Numbered from the stretch's first letter, positions 44,408 through 55,034 are shown. The stretch: 64,000 bases of DNA from Bacteroidota bacterium (GCA_022709385.1 JAKLIX010000008.1:90654-154653); one strand, 5' to 3'. The notes: a model not told the origin generated them from the letters alone. Made by a program: numbers and translations.

Positions 44408-47400
44408 ATGAAAAGGCAATTTTACTTTTTCCTGTCAGTCCTCGCGTCAGTCATCCTGATTCTCGGGAACAGCAGGCTTCAGGCTACAGAAATCGATTCC
44501 CTTACGGCTGAAATCACGCATATCAGCTGTTTTGGTTACCAGGACGGAGCCATTGATCTTACGGTACATGGTGGTATTGCTCCTTACACCTATTTCTGGA
44601 ATGACGGATATTTCCAGGAAGACAGGATCAACCTTCCTTCCGGTAACTATAGTGTGACCGTACATGACCAGGATGGACACTATGCCTCAGCAGCATTTCA
44701 ACTTGGACAGCCCGGCCCGCTTTTCCTTGAATCGGCAGTTAACCCGGTGACCTGTTACGGTGGCAACAATGGCAGTATCGATGCAACAGTCTTCGGAGGA
44801 ACATCCCCCTACACCTACCTCTGGTCAAACGGCAGTACCGAAGAAGATCCGCAGAACCTGACGGCCGGTGTTTATACCTTTACCCTGACCGATGCCCAGG
44901 GCTGCGAACTCATCGGGAATGTCCTTGTTCCCGGACCCGACCCGAGCTTTACGGTCACGCTTGAAATAAGCGACGTGAATTGCTACAACGGTTCCGACGG
45001 CGCCATCAACCTGAGTATGCAGGGAGGAACCCCTCCTTATACCTTCCTCTGGAATGACGGATTCACAGGTGAAGACAGAACCGGCCTGATCGCAGGAAAC
45101 TATGATGTTTCTGTCTATGATGCCGCTGAAACCTGCTCCGCCGGACAGGCTGTCATCGTGCAACCTGATGAAATTACCTGGACAGACAGCATCATTGATG
45201 TGAATTGCTCCGGTGTCAGTAATGGAAGTATCCTGATTGAAGTGGACGGGGGAACAACCCCATATTCGTTTTTATGGTCGAACGGCTCCACCATGGAAGA
45301 TTTGCTGGGCGCCGGAGCCGGAACCTATTATCTCACCATCACCGATGCCAATAATTGTGCTGTGGTGGCAGGTCCATACACCCTGACCGATCCCACACCC
45401 ATCACCATTTCCTGGGAACAGGGCGAAGTGAGTTGCCACGGCGGGAACGACGGTTTTATTGATATCACGGCCACAGGCGGGTTTCCTCCATATTCCTTCG
45501 CCTGGTCGAACGGAGCCACCTCGGAAGACCTGCAGGATCTGATGGAAGGATACTATTCAGTCACCGTTACCGACAGCGTCGGCTGCACCGTAAGCCAGTT
45601 CTTCCTCATTACCCAACCGGAATCAATCCTGGCCAACGGTTCGGTAACCAATGTCAGTTGCTTCGGACTGCAAAACGGATCCATCGTGCTGAGTACCACC
45701 GGGGGAACACCTCCCTACTCCTACCTCTGGAACACGGGAGCCCTGACCGACGATCTCTTTGCACTGGCCCCCGGGACTTATACCGTTACCATCACCGATG
45801 CCGAAAATTGCACCCTCGTGCAGGATTTCACAGTCACCCAACCTGATTATCTCTGGTGCGGCGGTTTAATCACTGATATCGACTGCCCGGGAGATGACAT
45901 GGGAAATATTGAACTTGGTGTCTTTGGCGGAACACCTCCCTATTCATATTTATGGAACGACGGCGTTACCACCAAGGACCGGGTCAATATCCCGGCCGGC
46001 ATTTACTCCATCACTGTGACAGATGACAATAGCTGTCATTACTCCACCTATTTCGTTGTTTCCGATCCCGATGACATCACCTTTAATCCTTCTATTACCC
46101 ATGTAAGCTGCCTTGGGGAAAGTGATGCAGTGATCGAACTCAACATGGCCGGTGGTACTGCCCCCTTCAGTTTCGAATGGAATACCGGAGCTACCTCCAA
46201 CCTACTCAGCGGTTTGCCCACGGGAATTTATTCGGTCAGTGTCACCGATCAAAACGGCTGTACCGCCGATACCAGCTTCGTTGTTACGGAGCCTCCCCTG
46301 CTCACAATATCCGGATCAGCAAGTCCTGCCCATTGTTTTGGTAATGCAGACGGTCTCATCAACACCCTCACCGAAGGCGGCACCCAGCCCTATGCATGGC
46401 TTTGGAGTGACGGAGGAACAGAAGAATCGAGAGATTCCATAGTTGCCGGAGATTATACGGTTACAGTTACAGATGCCAACGGATGTACTGCTACAGCTGA
46501 CTTCATTGTCAGCCAACCTGAGGCATTCGCCTATAATGAAACCATCACCCATGTTTCCTGCAACGGACTGAGCGATGGTGCCATTGTTACCGCAATGACC
46601 GGCGGAACACAACCTTATTCTTATGCCTGGTCAACCGGAGAGGATACACCGGCCATCGATTCTCTTATCACCGGCGAATACACGCTGACAGTTACAGATC
46701 AGAACAGTTGCGAAACGATAAGGACTTTCACTATTGAACAACCGGACGTGCTTTACGCACTGATTACAGTCGGCGATGTCAGTTGTTTTAACGGATCTGA
46801 CGGACAAATCAGCGTTACAACGATGGGCGGAACCACCCCTTACGCCTGGTTATGGAGCAATGGCGCAGTCAGCGAGGATATCAGCGGTCTTACAACAGGA
46901 ATGTATTACCTGACAATTACCGATGTCAATGGCTGTATTTATACTGACAGTGCGCTCATCGAACAGCCCGCTGCAATTCTTGCCACTGCAAGCACCACTG
47001 ATAATATCTGCTTCGGAGATACGGAAGGCAGCATCACAGTCGAAGTCAATGGCGGTATCTCTCCTTACTCTTACCTCTGGAATGACGGAGAAACAAACCT
47101 AAACAGGACCGGCCTCGCAGCAGGTCTGTATTCCCTGACCATTACGGATGCTAACCTGTGTACTTTCATGCTTGATCCTGTGATCACCGAGCCCCCTCAA
47201 ATTGAAGCGAATCCTGCGCTCCAGCATGTATCATGCAACGGGTTGAGCGATGGCAGCATCACGGTGACGCCGGCAGGCGGAACCCCGGCTTATACCCTGA
47301 TCTGGTCAACCGGATCAGACCAGACCTCCATCGATAACCTGACTGCAGGACTTTACTCCCTTACCATCACTGATGCCAACAACTGTTCCAGAATCTTTGA

Positions 47401-50400
47401 ATTTGAAATCACACAACCGGATATGCTGCTTGTGACCGGAAGTGTTACCAATGTCACCTGCTTCGATGACGGGAACGGACACATCACACTCACTGTTACA
47501 GGAGGAACTCAACCCTTTGAATATCTTTGGAATACAGGAGCAGTCACCGCTGATCCAGGTCTACTCACACCCGGGCTTTACGAAGTAACCGTGACTGATG
47601 CAAACGGATGTACCGACACCGAAAATTTCACCATTACCCAGCCGGATGCCCTCCAGCTGGTCGGATTGATCACGCCCATCAGCTGTGTGGGAGCGGGGAA
47701 CGGCATCATCGACGTGAACGTATTCGGCGGAACCATGGATTATACTTATCTTTGGAATACAGGAGCAGTCAGCCAGGATCTTTCCAACCTCACCCCTGGC
47801 ACCTATCAGATTACTGTTACAGATGCTCAGGCTTGTCAGGCTTTTGGAACCTTTAACCTCGCTGACCCTGCATTGATCGTCACGGTTACCGCAACCCCTT
47901 ATCCCGTAAGCTGTTACGGAGATACAGACGGAGGTATAAATCTCGACGTCAGTGGCGGCAATACACCATATTTATATAGCTGGAATACCGGTTACGATCT
48001 GGAGGACCTGAGTGGCGTCGGGATAGGCACCTACACGGTCACCGTGACAGATAACGATGGTGCATGTACCGTGGTAAGCGGCACAGTCACCCAGCCCGAT
48101 CCCCTCGATTTATCAGGCACCCCCGTTCAAACCCTCTGCTTTGGTTCCTCAGACGGATCCATTGACATCACCGTTACAGGCGGCACCCCCTCCTATACCT
48201 TCCTTTGGAATAACGGGCTGACTGATGAAGATATTACAGGTTTGACAACCGGCACATACAGTGTGACAGTGACTGACAATAATGGATGTGAAATCAATGG
48301 CTCCTACTTTATCGGACAGCCGGATGAACTGATCTATACTGCAACGGTTGCTGACCTCAGCTGCTTTGAGTCCATGGACGGCCAGATCACCGGCAGCACC
48401 ACTGGCGGTACCCCTGCATATAGCTATGTATGGGACAACGGAGCAGGCACTGAAACAATCGCTTCCCTGGCGGCAGGAGATTATACGGTTACCGTGACCG
48501 ATGGAAATCTTTGCGAAACCACGGCAACCTTCACCGTGGGTCAGCCTGCTTTCCTTGAACTTACGGTGGATGCCATTACCGATGTACTTTGCCATAACGG
48601 CAACAACGGCAGTATTGCACTATCCACCTCAGGCGGAACACCTGATTATACCTACCTCTGGAGCGACGGTGCCACCACTGAGGACAGGGAAAACCTCATG
48701 ATGGGAGATTATTCAGTGACGGTTACCGACAGCCATGGCTGTACCTTTAATGCGACCTATACCATTAATGAAACCTTTACCCTGATCATCAGCAGCGTAT
48801 CTGTACCTGTTTCATGCTACCAGGGAAGTGACGGTGAGATTTCCGTCAGTCTCAGCGGCGGGACCGATCCTTATGCCTACCTCTGGAATGACGGGAATAC
48901 AGACCAGAACAGAACAGGACTAACCCAGGGCGATTATTACCTGACTGTTACGGACAACAATGGTTGTTCGGAAACAGCCCAGATTACAGTAGTGCAACCT
49001 GACGAACTGATTATCAGCGGCACGGTGACCAACATCAGTTGTTTCGGCTACCAGGACGGCATCATCACCACTACTGCTGCCGGCGGTAACGGAGGCTACC
49101 TCTACCTCTGGTCCGGAGGCCAGACTGATCCCGTTGTCACAGATCTTGGACCGGGAGTTTTTACCGTTACCGTAACCGACTCCAAAGGCTGCACGGACAC
49201 GGAAGCATTTGAAGTGACCGAACCCGAGCCGACTGCGGGCTACATCACACCACTCGAACAAACCATCAATTGTAACGGAGGAGCTATTTCCCCCATCACT
49301 TTTGTTCCGGAATTCTATACTTCTGCCACGATTACCTATAACTGGACAAGAGACCAGGGTGAAAGTATTACCGGTCTGCCAATGTCGGGAAGCGGACCAG
49401 TGGCCGGTAATCTTACCAATAAAACCAGTAATCCGGTGACTGTCACATTCCTGATTGAAGTTACCCTGAACGGATGTGATGCCGGTACATTTACCGTCAC
49501 AGTCACTGTACTCCCATCCATTGATATTATTTTCACCTACGACGATATTCCGTGTTACGGAGATTCTGTCCTGGTAAGCATACAGGGCCAGGGAGGAACC
49601 CCTCCTTACTTCGGTATCCAGGATGTGTGGCTGACTGCCGGCACCCATGCCTTTACTTTGATTGACGCCAACCTTTGCGAGGTTACCGAATCCGTGGTTC
49701 TTACGCAACCATCTCAGATTCAGATCACCGGAACAACATTCCCTGCGGTATGCTCAAACCAGAACAATGCTGCCATCAATCTGAATGTGAGCGGTGGTAC
49801 TCCACCCTATTCCTATCTCTGGAACGACGGGGTGGTCACCCAGAACCGCAACCAGCTTGAAATCGGCAACTACCAGGTTACCGTAACCGACGCCAATAAC
49901 TGTACCACCACCAAGAGTTTCAATGTCGGAGCATTCTTTACCGCTCCTCTGGCTTATATGGCTGCCTCACCCGCAGGTTGTTACGGCATTACAAATTACA
50001 TTTACGTATATCTTGCAGGATCACCTCCCTTTAACTTTACCTATACGGATGGCACCAATCTGTTCACTGTAACAAATGTGATGACCAATGCATACACGAT
50101 TGAGGTCGTATTGTATGAAACCACCACCTATACACTGCTCACCGTCACAGATATGCATTGCAGCGGAATTGTCACAAGCCAGCCCCAGACCCTCGTACCG
50201 CAAACTCCGCCCACCGCAAGCCTGTCGCCCACCGAACCCATCTGTAAAGGTGAAGTATCTTATATTCAGGTTGACTTTACCGGGACACCACCCTTTAATT
50301 TCACCTGGTTTGATGGAACCCCCCATCCGGTGAGCAATATCCTGTCATCATCCTATATCATTACCTCCACACCCCAGCAAACGAAACAATATTCCATCAC

Positions 50401-52948
50401 GAATATGTCGGATAATTACTGTCCTGCCAGCGATATCGGATTTCCCGTCCTGCAGGTGGTTTATCCGCTGCCAACCGCAACCATTTCCGGCAACCCGACT
50501 ATATGTGCAGGACTGTCTGTACCGCTGCAGGTGACATTTACCGGTCAGCCGCCCTGGCAGTTTACCTATACCGACGGACTGAATGCCACCACCATTGGCA
50601 ATATCATGGTACCCTCCTACCAGTTTAATGTATCTCCTTCTGTCACCACACATTACAGCCTGCTGAATGTTTCCGACAGCCGCTGTGCAGGAACAGTTAG
50701 CGGATTGGCAACGGTGCTGGTGCATCCCAGGCCTACCGCAACCTGGATCGGACCGGATTCAGCCTGTATTGGCGGTGTTGTAACCCTCAATATCGCACTC
50801 ACCGGTACTCCGCCATGGACATTGACCTGGAACGACGGAACACCGCACTATGTTCAGAATATCATGTTCACTCCCTATACCATCAGTGCTGAGATTTCTG
50901 CCACCAAAGTCTTTACCATCACCCAGCTTACGGATGCTTTCTGTCAGGCTGTTAATGCACAACAACTCGGACAACCAAAAACCGTCTCTGTACACCAGTT
51001 GCCGACCGCTGCGCTCACCGGTCCTTCGTCAAGCTGCTTCGGAGTCGGTAGTGCCCTTCAGGTCAGCCTGACAGGTTCACCTCCCTGGACAGTGACATGG
51101 TTCGAAGGTACACAGGTACATTCACAATCAGGGATCAATACCTCCCCCTTTGAAATACTGATCGATCCGGCCACCACAACCACCTACTTCCTCTCTGCAA
51201 TTACCGACAACTTCTGCGTCGGAGAAATCTTAGGCGCACCGGTCACCGTCAGTGTAACACCTTCCCCCGTCATGGTCATAGAAGGACTGAACAACATCAA
51301 TCCGGTGTGCTTCGGCGCCAGTCTCACCTTTACCACCAACTTCTTTGACGGCGTGCCACCTTTCACCGTAAATTACTTCGACCATTCCGGTACCTTCCAC
51401 TCCATTCCCGATCTCTACGACGGAAGCACCCTCACATTCACCGCTCCGGGCGCAACCGGCATATTTAATTATATCCTTGCATCTGTCAGTGGATCTAACG
51501 GCTGTGAACTGGTGATCAATCAGAACTTCTCACTCCAGGTAATTCCGGCACCCATCATTGATGCCGGACCCGATAGCCTGGTGTCGCTCGGAAACTCAAT
51601 CTACCTGAACGGATCCGTGGAGGGAGGTACGGCACCCTTCGATATCCAATGGACACCGGCTACCTACCTGAATGATCCCGACATCCTTAACCCGCTCTGC
51701 ACACCGCTGGCCGACATTACCTATTTCCTGGTGGTCACCGACAGCATCGGCTGTACGGTTTCCGATCATGTGAACATCACCATCGACCTGAGCCGGAATA
51801 TCTGGGGTTATATCCATTACGACAATGCCATCCTCACTCCCATGAATAATGTGCTGGTTAAAGTTAAAAATGCCCAGAACGAAGTGATTGATTCTACCTA
51901 CTCCCAGGCCGACGGTTATTACAACCTCTCTGACCTGCCCAATGGAACATTCACACTTCATACATACACCGACAAACCATTCGGAGGAGTGAATTCAACC
52001 GATGCACTCGTAATCCTCAAGCATTTTGTACAACTCCAGTTGTTGACAGGGATCAGGCTGCATGCTTCCGACGTCGATGCCAGCGGCTTTGTCAATGCCA
52101 TCGATGCGCTTGCCGTTGCAAAACGGTTCACAGGACAGATACCGACATTTGCCATCGGGGACTGGTACTTTGAAAAACCCGTCTTCTCCATTCCTGCATC
52201 CGTTGCCCAGTACGACTACCTGTGTCTCTGTTCAGGGGATGCCAACGGATCCTATTTCCCTCCGGCCAAACAAGCTTCCAATACAAGACTGCTGCCGGGA
52301 GGCGATATGCAGGTAGTTCCGGGACAGGAACTGACCATAGCCGTCACTTCACTACAAAACCTTGAAACAGGGGCAATCTCTCTTGTGATCGATTTCCCTG
52401 CCGACCAGCTCCGGATCCGCGAAATCACGCTTGCCGACGGCAAACCTTTGATATACAATGTTTGCGGCAACCAGGTAAAAATTTCATGGTACGATGTGGA
52501 AGCCCTGGCCGTGAAAATGCTTGAGCCCATCCTGCTGATCCGTGCTGAAGTCCTGCCGGGATTTACCACAGCCGGTTTCAGCCTGGAAAGCGGTTCTGAG
52601 ATAGCTGATCCATCCGGAACACCCTTTGATGAAGTCCAGATTCAGATGCCGCGCCTGATCAAATCTGAAGGCCAGCCAGGCCTTTCCTCGATGAACCAGC
52701 CGAATCCCTTCAGCAGCATGACCGTGATCTCATTCCAGCAGCAGTCAGAAGGACGCATGAGCCTTCATGTGATGGATCTGAGCGGTAAAATCGTTGCCAG
52801 GGTAACTGACCAGTGGCAACCGGCCGGATACCATCAAATACTGTTCGACGGATCATCCCTGCCCGAAGGCATCTATTTCTACCAGATTACATGTCAGCAC
52901 CCGGACGGAGATGAAAAATACACCGGAAAAATGTCCATCGTCCGCTAA
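44408..52948 (+). CDS. 2846-aa cell-surface protein: ~22 SprB repeats, ~6 repeats of a second ~95-aa family, CarboxypepD_reg-like, dockerin-like and cohesin-like modules, T9SS CTD
   Basis: Signal peptide. Recurrent 'C.G...G.I......GG..PY.Y.W..G' units (SprB repeat). The second family has 'G(T/S/Q)PP(F/W).(F/L)T(Y/W).DG'. Dockerin-like segment at nt 51983-52130. C-terminal 'NQPNPFSS...GIYFYQI...GKMSIV' is a T9SS CTD. Confidence 0.9.
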   Translation: MKRQFYFFLSVLASVILILGNSRLQATEIDSLTAEITHISCFGYQDGAIDLTVHGGIAPYTYFWNDGYFQEDRINLPSGNYSVTVHDQDGHYASAAFQLGQPGPLFLESAVNPVTCYGGNNGSIDATVFGGTSPYTYLWSNGSTEEDPQNLTAGVYTFTLTDAQGCELIGNVLVPGPDPSFTVTLEISDVNCYNGSDGAINLSMQGGTPPYTFLWNDGFTGEDRTGLIAGNYDVSVYDAAETCSAGQAVIVQPDEITWTDSIIDVNCSGVSNGSILIEVDGGTTPYSFLWSNGSTMEDLLGAGAGTYYLTITDANNCAVVAGPYTLTDPTPITISWEQGEVSCHGGNDGFIDITATGGFPPYSFAWSNGATSEDLQDLMEGYYSVTVTDSVGCTVSQFFLITQPESILANGSVTNVSCFGLQNGSIVLSTTGGTPPYSYLWNTGALTDDLFALAPGTYTVTITDAENCTLVQDFTVTQPDYLWCGGLITDIDCPGDDMGNIELGVFGGTPPYSYLWNDGVTTKDRVNIPAGIYSITVTDDNSCHYSTYFVVSDPDDITFNPSITHVSCLGESDAVIELNMAGGTAPFSFEWNTGATSNLLSGLPTGIYSVSVTDQNGCTADTSFVVTEPPLLTISGSASPAHCFGNADGLINTLTEGGTQPYAWLWSDGGTEESRDSIVAGDYTVTVTDANGCTATADFIVSQPEAFAYNETITHVSCNGLSDGAIVTAMTGGTQPYSYAWSTGEDTPAIDSLITGEYTLTVTDQNSCETIRTFTIEQPDVLYALITVGDVSCFNGSDGQISVTTMGGTTPYAWLWSNGAVSEDISGLTTGMYYLTITDVNGCIYTDSALIEQPAAILATASTTDNICFGDTEGSITVEVNGGISPYSYLWNDGETNLNRTGLAAGLYSLTITDANLCTFMLDPVITEPPQIEANPALQHVSCNGLSDGSITVTPAGGTPAYTLIWSTGSDQTSIDNLTAGLYSLTITDANNCSRIFEFEITQPDMLLVTGSVTNVTCFDDGNGHITLTVTGGTQPFEYLWNTGAVTADPGLLTPGLYEVTVTDANGCTDTENFTITQPDALQLVGLITPISCVGAGNGIIDVNVFGGTMDYTYLWNTGAVSQDLSNLTPGTYQITVTDAQACQAFGTFNLADPALIVTVTATPYPVSCYGDTDGGINLDVSGGNTPYLYSWNTGYDLEDLSGVGIGTYTVTVTDNDGACTVVSGTVTQPDPLDLSGTPVQTLCFGSSDGSIDITVTGGTPSYTFLWNNGLTDEDITGLTTGTYSVTVTDNNGCEINGSYFIGQPDELIYTATVADLSCFESMDGQITGSTTGGTPAYSYVWDNGAGTETIASLAAGDYTVTVTDGNLCETTATFTVGQPAFLELTVDAITDVLCHNGNNGSIALSTSGGTPDYTYLWSDGATTEDRENLMMGDYSVTVTDSHGCTFNATYTINETFTLIISSVSVPVSCYQGSDGEISVSLSGGTDPYAYLWNDGNTDQNRTGLTQGDYYLTVTDNNGCSETAQITVVQPDELIISGTVTNISCFGYQDGIITTTAAGGNGGYLYLWSGGQTDPVVTDLGPGVFTVTVTDSKGCTDTEAFEVTEPEPTAGYITPLEQTINCNGGAISPITFVPEFYTSATITYNWTRDQGESITGLPMSGSGPVAGNLTNKTSNPVTVTFLIEVTLNGCDAGTFTVTVTVLPSIDIIFTYDDIPCYGDSVLVSIQGQGGTPPYFGIQDVWLTAGTHAFTLIDANLCEVTESVVLTQPSQIQITGTTFPAVCSNQNNAAINLNVSGGTPPYSYLWNDGVVTQNRNQLEIGNYQVTVTDANNCTTTKSFNVGAFFTAPLAYMAASPAGCYGITNYIYVYLAGSPPFNFTYTDGTNLFTVTNVMTNAYTIEVVLYETTTYTLLTVTDMHCSGIVTSQPQTLVPQTPPTASLSPTEPICKGEVSYIQVDFTGTPPFNFTWFDGTPHPVSNILSSSYIITSTPQQTKQYSITNMSDNYCPASDIGFPVLQVVYPLPTATISGNPTICAGLSVPLQVTFTGQPPWQFTYTDGLNATTIGNIMVPSYQFNVSPSVTTHYSLLNVSDSRCAGTVSGLATVLVHPRPTATWIGPDSACIGGVVTLNIALTGTPPWTLTWNDGTPHYVQNIMFTPYTISAEISATKVFTITQLTDAFCQAVNAQQLGQPKTVSVHQLPTAALTGPSSSCFGVGSALQVSLTGSPPWTVTWFEGTQVHSQSGINTSPFEILIDPATTTTYFLSAITDNFCVGEILGAPVTVSVTPSPVMVIEGLNNINPVCFGASLTFTTNFFDGVPPFTVNYFDHSGTFHSIPDLYDGSTLTFTAPGATGIFNYILASVSGSNGCELVINQNFSLQVIPAPIIDAGPDSLVSLGNSIYLNGSVEGGTAPFDIQWTPATYLNDPDILNPLCTPLADITYFLVVTDSIGCTVSDHVNITIDLSRNIWGYIHYDNAILTPMNNVLVKVKNAQNEVIDSTYSQADGYYNLSDLPNGTFTLHTYTDKPFGGVNSTDALVILKHFVQLQLLTGIRLHASDVDASGFVNAIDALAVAKRFTGQIPTFAIGDWYFEKPVFSIPASVAQYDYLCLCSGDANGSYFPPAKQASNTRLLPGGDMQVVPGQELTIAVTSLQNLETGAISLVIDFPADQLRIREITLADGKPLIYNVCGNQVKISWYDVEALAVKMLEPILLIRAEVLPGFTTAGFSLESGSEIADPSGTPFDEVQIQMPRLIKSEGQPGLSSMNQPNPFSSMTVISFQQQSEGRMSLHVMDLSGKIVARVTDQWQPAGYHQILFDGSSLPEGIYFYQITCQHPDGDEKYTGKMSIVR

Positions 52949-52990
52949 ATCCCGTCCTAACGCCTGATAAGGCTCCCGTGACCTTCATCC

Positions 52991-53033
52991 GAATGCCCTG
53001 CCCGGTTTAATCTCCTGGCAGGGCATTCTTTTT
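52991..53033 (+). terminator. rho-independent terminator hairpin
   Basis: A 12-bp stem GAATGCCCTGCC/GGCAGGGCATTC followed by TTTTT, about 45 nt after the stop at 52948. Confidence 0.7.
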
Positions 53034-53055
53034 CGGATGAAAGATATTTAAAAAA

Positions 53056-53086
53056 TTTGTCTCAATAAAAAAAACGCTTACCTTTG
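53056..53086 (+). promoter_or_regulatory. Bacteroidota promoter: -33 TTTG (53056-53059) and -7 TACCTTTG (53079-53086)
   Basis: Both consensus elements are present with 19-nt spacing, upstream of rpsU. Confidence 0.5.
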
Positions 53087-53120
53087 CACCCCTGAAACCA
53101 AAAGAAAGAGAGCATCCTTT

Positions 53121-53318
53121 ATGATCATCGTTCCTGTAAAAGAAGGCGAAAACATCGACAGAGCACTGAAGAAGCTCAAGCGCAAATTCGAAAAAACCGG
53201 TGTGGTAAAAGAATTGCGCGAAAGACAGAAATTCACCAAACCTTCGGTCAAGCGGAGGGATGAGGTGCTCAAAGCTGTCTATATCCAGCAGCTCCAGCAA
53301 CAATCAGACAACAGCTGA
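53121..53318 (+). CDS. rpsU: 30S ribosomal protein S21
   Basis: 'ENIDRALKKLKRKFEKTGVVKELRERQKFTKPSVKRR'. Confidence 0.92.
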   Translation: MIIVPVKEGENIDRALKKLKRKFEKTGVVKELRERQKFTKPSVKRRDEVLKAVYIQQLQQQSDNS

Positions 53319-53432
53319 TTTTCTGCTTGTTGGCAGAAAATCAAGGAGAAATATTTTGAAGAACTTGCTTTCTTCAAAATATTTTTCTATTTTTAAGCGT
53401 TGGTTTGCAGTTGGATGGTTCCCGAGATGCTC

Positions 53433-54326
53433 ATGAATACTACCGAGAGATTTTTACAGTACATCCGATTCGAGAAACGTTATTCGCCTCATACGGTTCT
53501 TGCCTATCAAAAAGACCTGGCGCAGTTTCAGCAATACATAGATCAATGCTATCCGGAGTGTGAAATTTCTCAGGCAGATCACCAGATGATCAGGTCCTGG
53601 CTTGTCGGGATGATGAACAAGAAACTGACAGCCAGGTCAGTAAACCGTAAACTTACCGCACTCAAGTCATTTTACCGTTTTCTGCTCAAAGAGCAGCTAA
53701 TCAGTATCAATCCCATGGTTAAGGTCGTGGCACCCAGGATACCCAGACGGCTGCCGGAATTTGTACCCGAAGACCAGCTTTCGGAGATCCTGTCTGCAAA
53801 CATCGAAACGGAAGACTACGGCCTGTTTCGCGACAGGATGATCGTGGAAGTGTTTTATTCAACGGGAATCCGCAGGATTGAGCTGATCAACCTGAAAGAC
53901 ACCGATGTCAGTTTTTATACCCACAGCATCAAAGTACTGGGTAAAAGAAACAAGGAAAGACTGATACCGATCGGGGGCCACCTCGAATCACTGCTCCAAA
54001 CCTACATGGACAGAAAACAAAAGGAATTTGAACTTGTTACCCAGGCAGAGACATGGTTGTTTCTGAGTAAAAAAGGAAGGAAGCTAAATCCGAGAAGTGT
54101 ATATAAAATTGTGAATGAGTATCTTGATAAACTTAGCCACATGGAAAAAAGAAGTCCGCACGTATTGCGTCACAGTTTTGCCACCCATATGCTGAACCGC
54201 GGGGCAGATCTGAATGCGATCAAAGAACTTCTGGGTCATGCCAACCTGTCCGCCACTCAGGTTTATACACACAATACGATAGAGAAGTTAAAAAAAGTAT
54301 ATGAACAAGCCCATCCAAGGGCATAA
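53433..54326 (+). CDS. xerC: tyrosine recombinase XerC/XerD family
   Basis: SAM-like N-domain 'FLQYIRFEKRYSPHTVLAYQKDL'. Catalytic residues lie in 'GIRRIEL', 'HVLRHSFATHML', and 'LGHANLSATQVYTH'. The start (53415, 53427 or 53433) is uncertain. Confidence 0.85.
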   Translation: MNTTERFLQYIRFEKRYSPHTVLAYQKDLAQFQQYIDQCYPECEISQADHQMIRSWLVGMMNKKLTARSVNRKLTALKSFYRFLLKEQLISINPMVKVVAPRIPRRLPEFVPEDQLSEILSANIETEDYGLFRDRMIVEVFYSTGIRRIELINLKDTDVSFYTHSIKVLGKRNKERLIPIGGHLESLLQTYMDRKQKEFELVTQAETWLFLSKKGRKLNPRSVYKIVNEYLDKLSHMEKRSPHVLRHSFATHMLNRGADLNAIKELLGHANLSATQVYTHNTIEKLKKVYEQAHPRA

Positions 54327-54341
54327 AACCAAGGAGGACCC

Positions 54342-54641
54342 ATGAAAGTCAACATCAACGCCGTCCGCTTTAAAACGGACAAAAAGCTGGAGGATTACAT
54401 CAACGACAAAATCGGTAAACTGAACCAGTATTTTGACGGAGTGATCGGAAGTGAGATTACCCTTCGATTGGACAGTAATGAAAAAGTTAAGGACAAAATA
54501 GTGGAAATCAGGGTGATGATACCGGGTAATGACCTGTATGCGAAAAAGGAAAGCAAATCTTTCGAGGAGGCAACCACCCAGGCTGTGGAAGCCGTGAAGA
54601 AACAACTCACAAAGTACAAAGAAAAGGTCAGGGGTTTATAA
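54342..54641 (+). CDS. hpf: ribosome hibernation factor (HPF/RaiA, short form)
   Basis: 'KLEDYINDKIGKLNQYFD...EIRV..PGNDLYAKKESKSFEEA'. Confidence 0.85.
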   Translation: MKVNINAVRFKTDKKLEDYINDKIGKLNQYFDGVIGSEITLRLDSNEKVKDKIVEIRVMIPGNDLYAKKESKSFEEATTQAVEAVKKQLTKYKEKVRGL

Positions 54642-54688
54642 GTTTTTTGGTATTTTTTTTTGTTTGTAACAGAAACTTTCATATTTTT

Positions 54689-54723
54689 GCAGTCCTTTTT
54701 CAAAAAAGGACTGCTTTTTTTTT
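54689..54723 (+). terminator. rho-independent terminator
   Basis: Hairpin GCAGTCCTTTTT/AAAAAGGACTGC followed by a T9 run. Confidence 0.75.
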
Positions 54724-54729
54724 ATAAAA

Positions 54730-54803
54730 GCCGATGTAGCTCAGCTGGCCAGAGCAGCTGATTTGTAATCAGCTGGTCGGCGGTTCGAATCCGTCCATCG
54801 GCT
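54730..54803 (+). tRNA. tRNA-Thr (anticodon TGT)
   Basis: Acceptor stem GCCGATG/CATCGGC, anticodon arm GCTGA-TTTGTAA-TCAGC, T-loop GGTTCGAATCC. Confidence 0.92.
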
Positions 54804-54825
54804 CGGTTCTTTGAAATAAACATAC

Positions 54826-54907
54826 GGGGAGATACCAGAGCGGTCAAATGGGGCAGACTGTAAATCTGTTGGCGAAGCCTTCGGAGGTTCGAATCCTCCT
54901 CTCCCCA
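54826..54907 (+). tRNA. tRNA-Tyr (anticodon GTA), long variable arm
   Basis: Acceptor stem GGGGAGA/TCTCCCC, anticodon loop CTGTAAA, T-loop GGTTCGAATCC. Confidence 0.92.
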
Positions 54908-54910
54908 CCC

Positions 54911-54935
54911 GGGTGTGGGTGTGTGTGGGTGTGGG
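54911..54935 (+). repeat. G-quadruplex-type motif GGG-TGT-GGG-TGTGTGT-GGG-TGT-GGG
   Basis: Four G3 runs (54911, 54917, 54927, 54933) with loops of 3, 7 and 3 nt, immediately 3' of tRNA-Tyr. Confidence 0.6.
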
Positions 54936-54951
54936 TGTGAACTTCTTTATT

Positions 54952-55024
54952 GCGGAAATAGCTCATTTGGTAGAGCGACAGCCTTCCAAGCTGTAGGTGG
55001 CGGGTTCGAGCCCCGTTTTCCGCT
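54952..55024 (+). tRNA. tRNA-Gly (anticodon TCC)
   Basis: Acceptor stem GCGGAAA/TTTCCGC, anticodon loop CTTCCAA, T-loop GGTTCGAGCCC. Confidence 0.92.
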
Positions 55025-55034
55025 CAACCTCACA

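Noticed and set aside
44480-51540. Highly periodic sequence that might be a non-coding tandem repeat or CRISPR-like array
   Set aside because: The periodicity is in-frame protein repeats (SprB and a second family) within one uninterrupted 2846-codon ORF.
53433-54326. Tyrosine recombinase as the integrase of a mobile element
   Set aside because: It sits in the conserved rpsU-xerC-hpf-tRNA-tuf housekeeping arrangement with core-like composition. It is 35 kb from the island. I found no flanking repeats.
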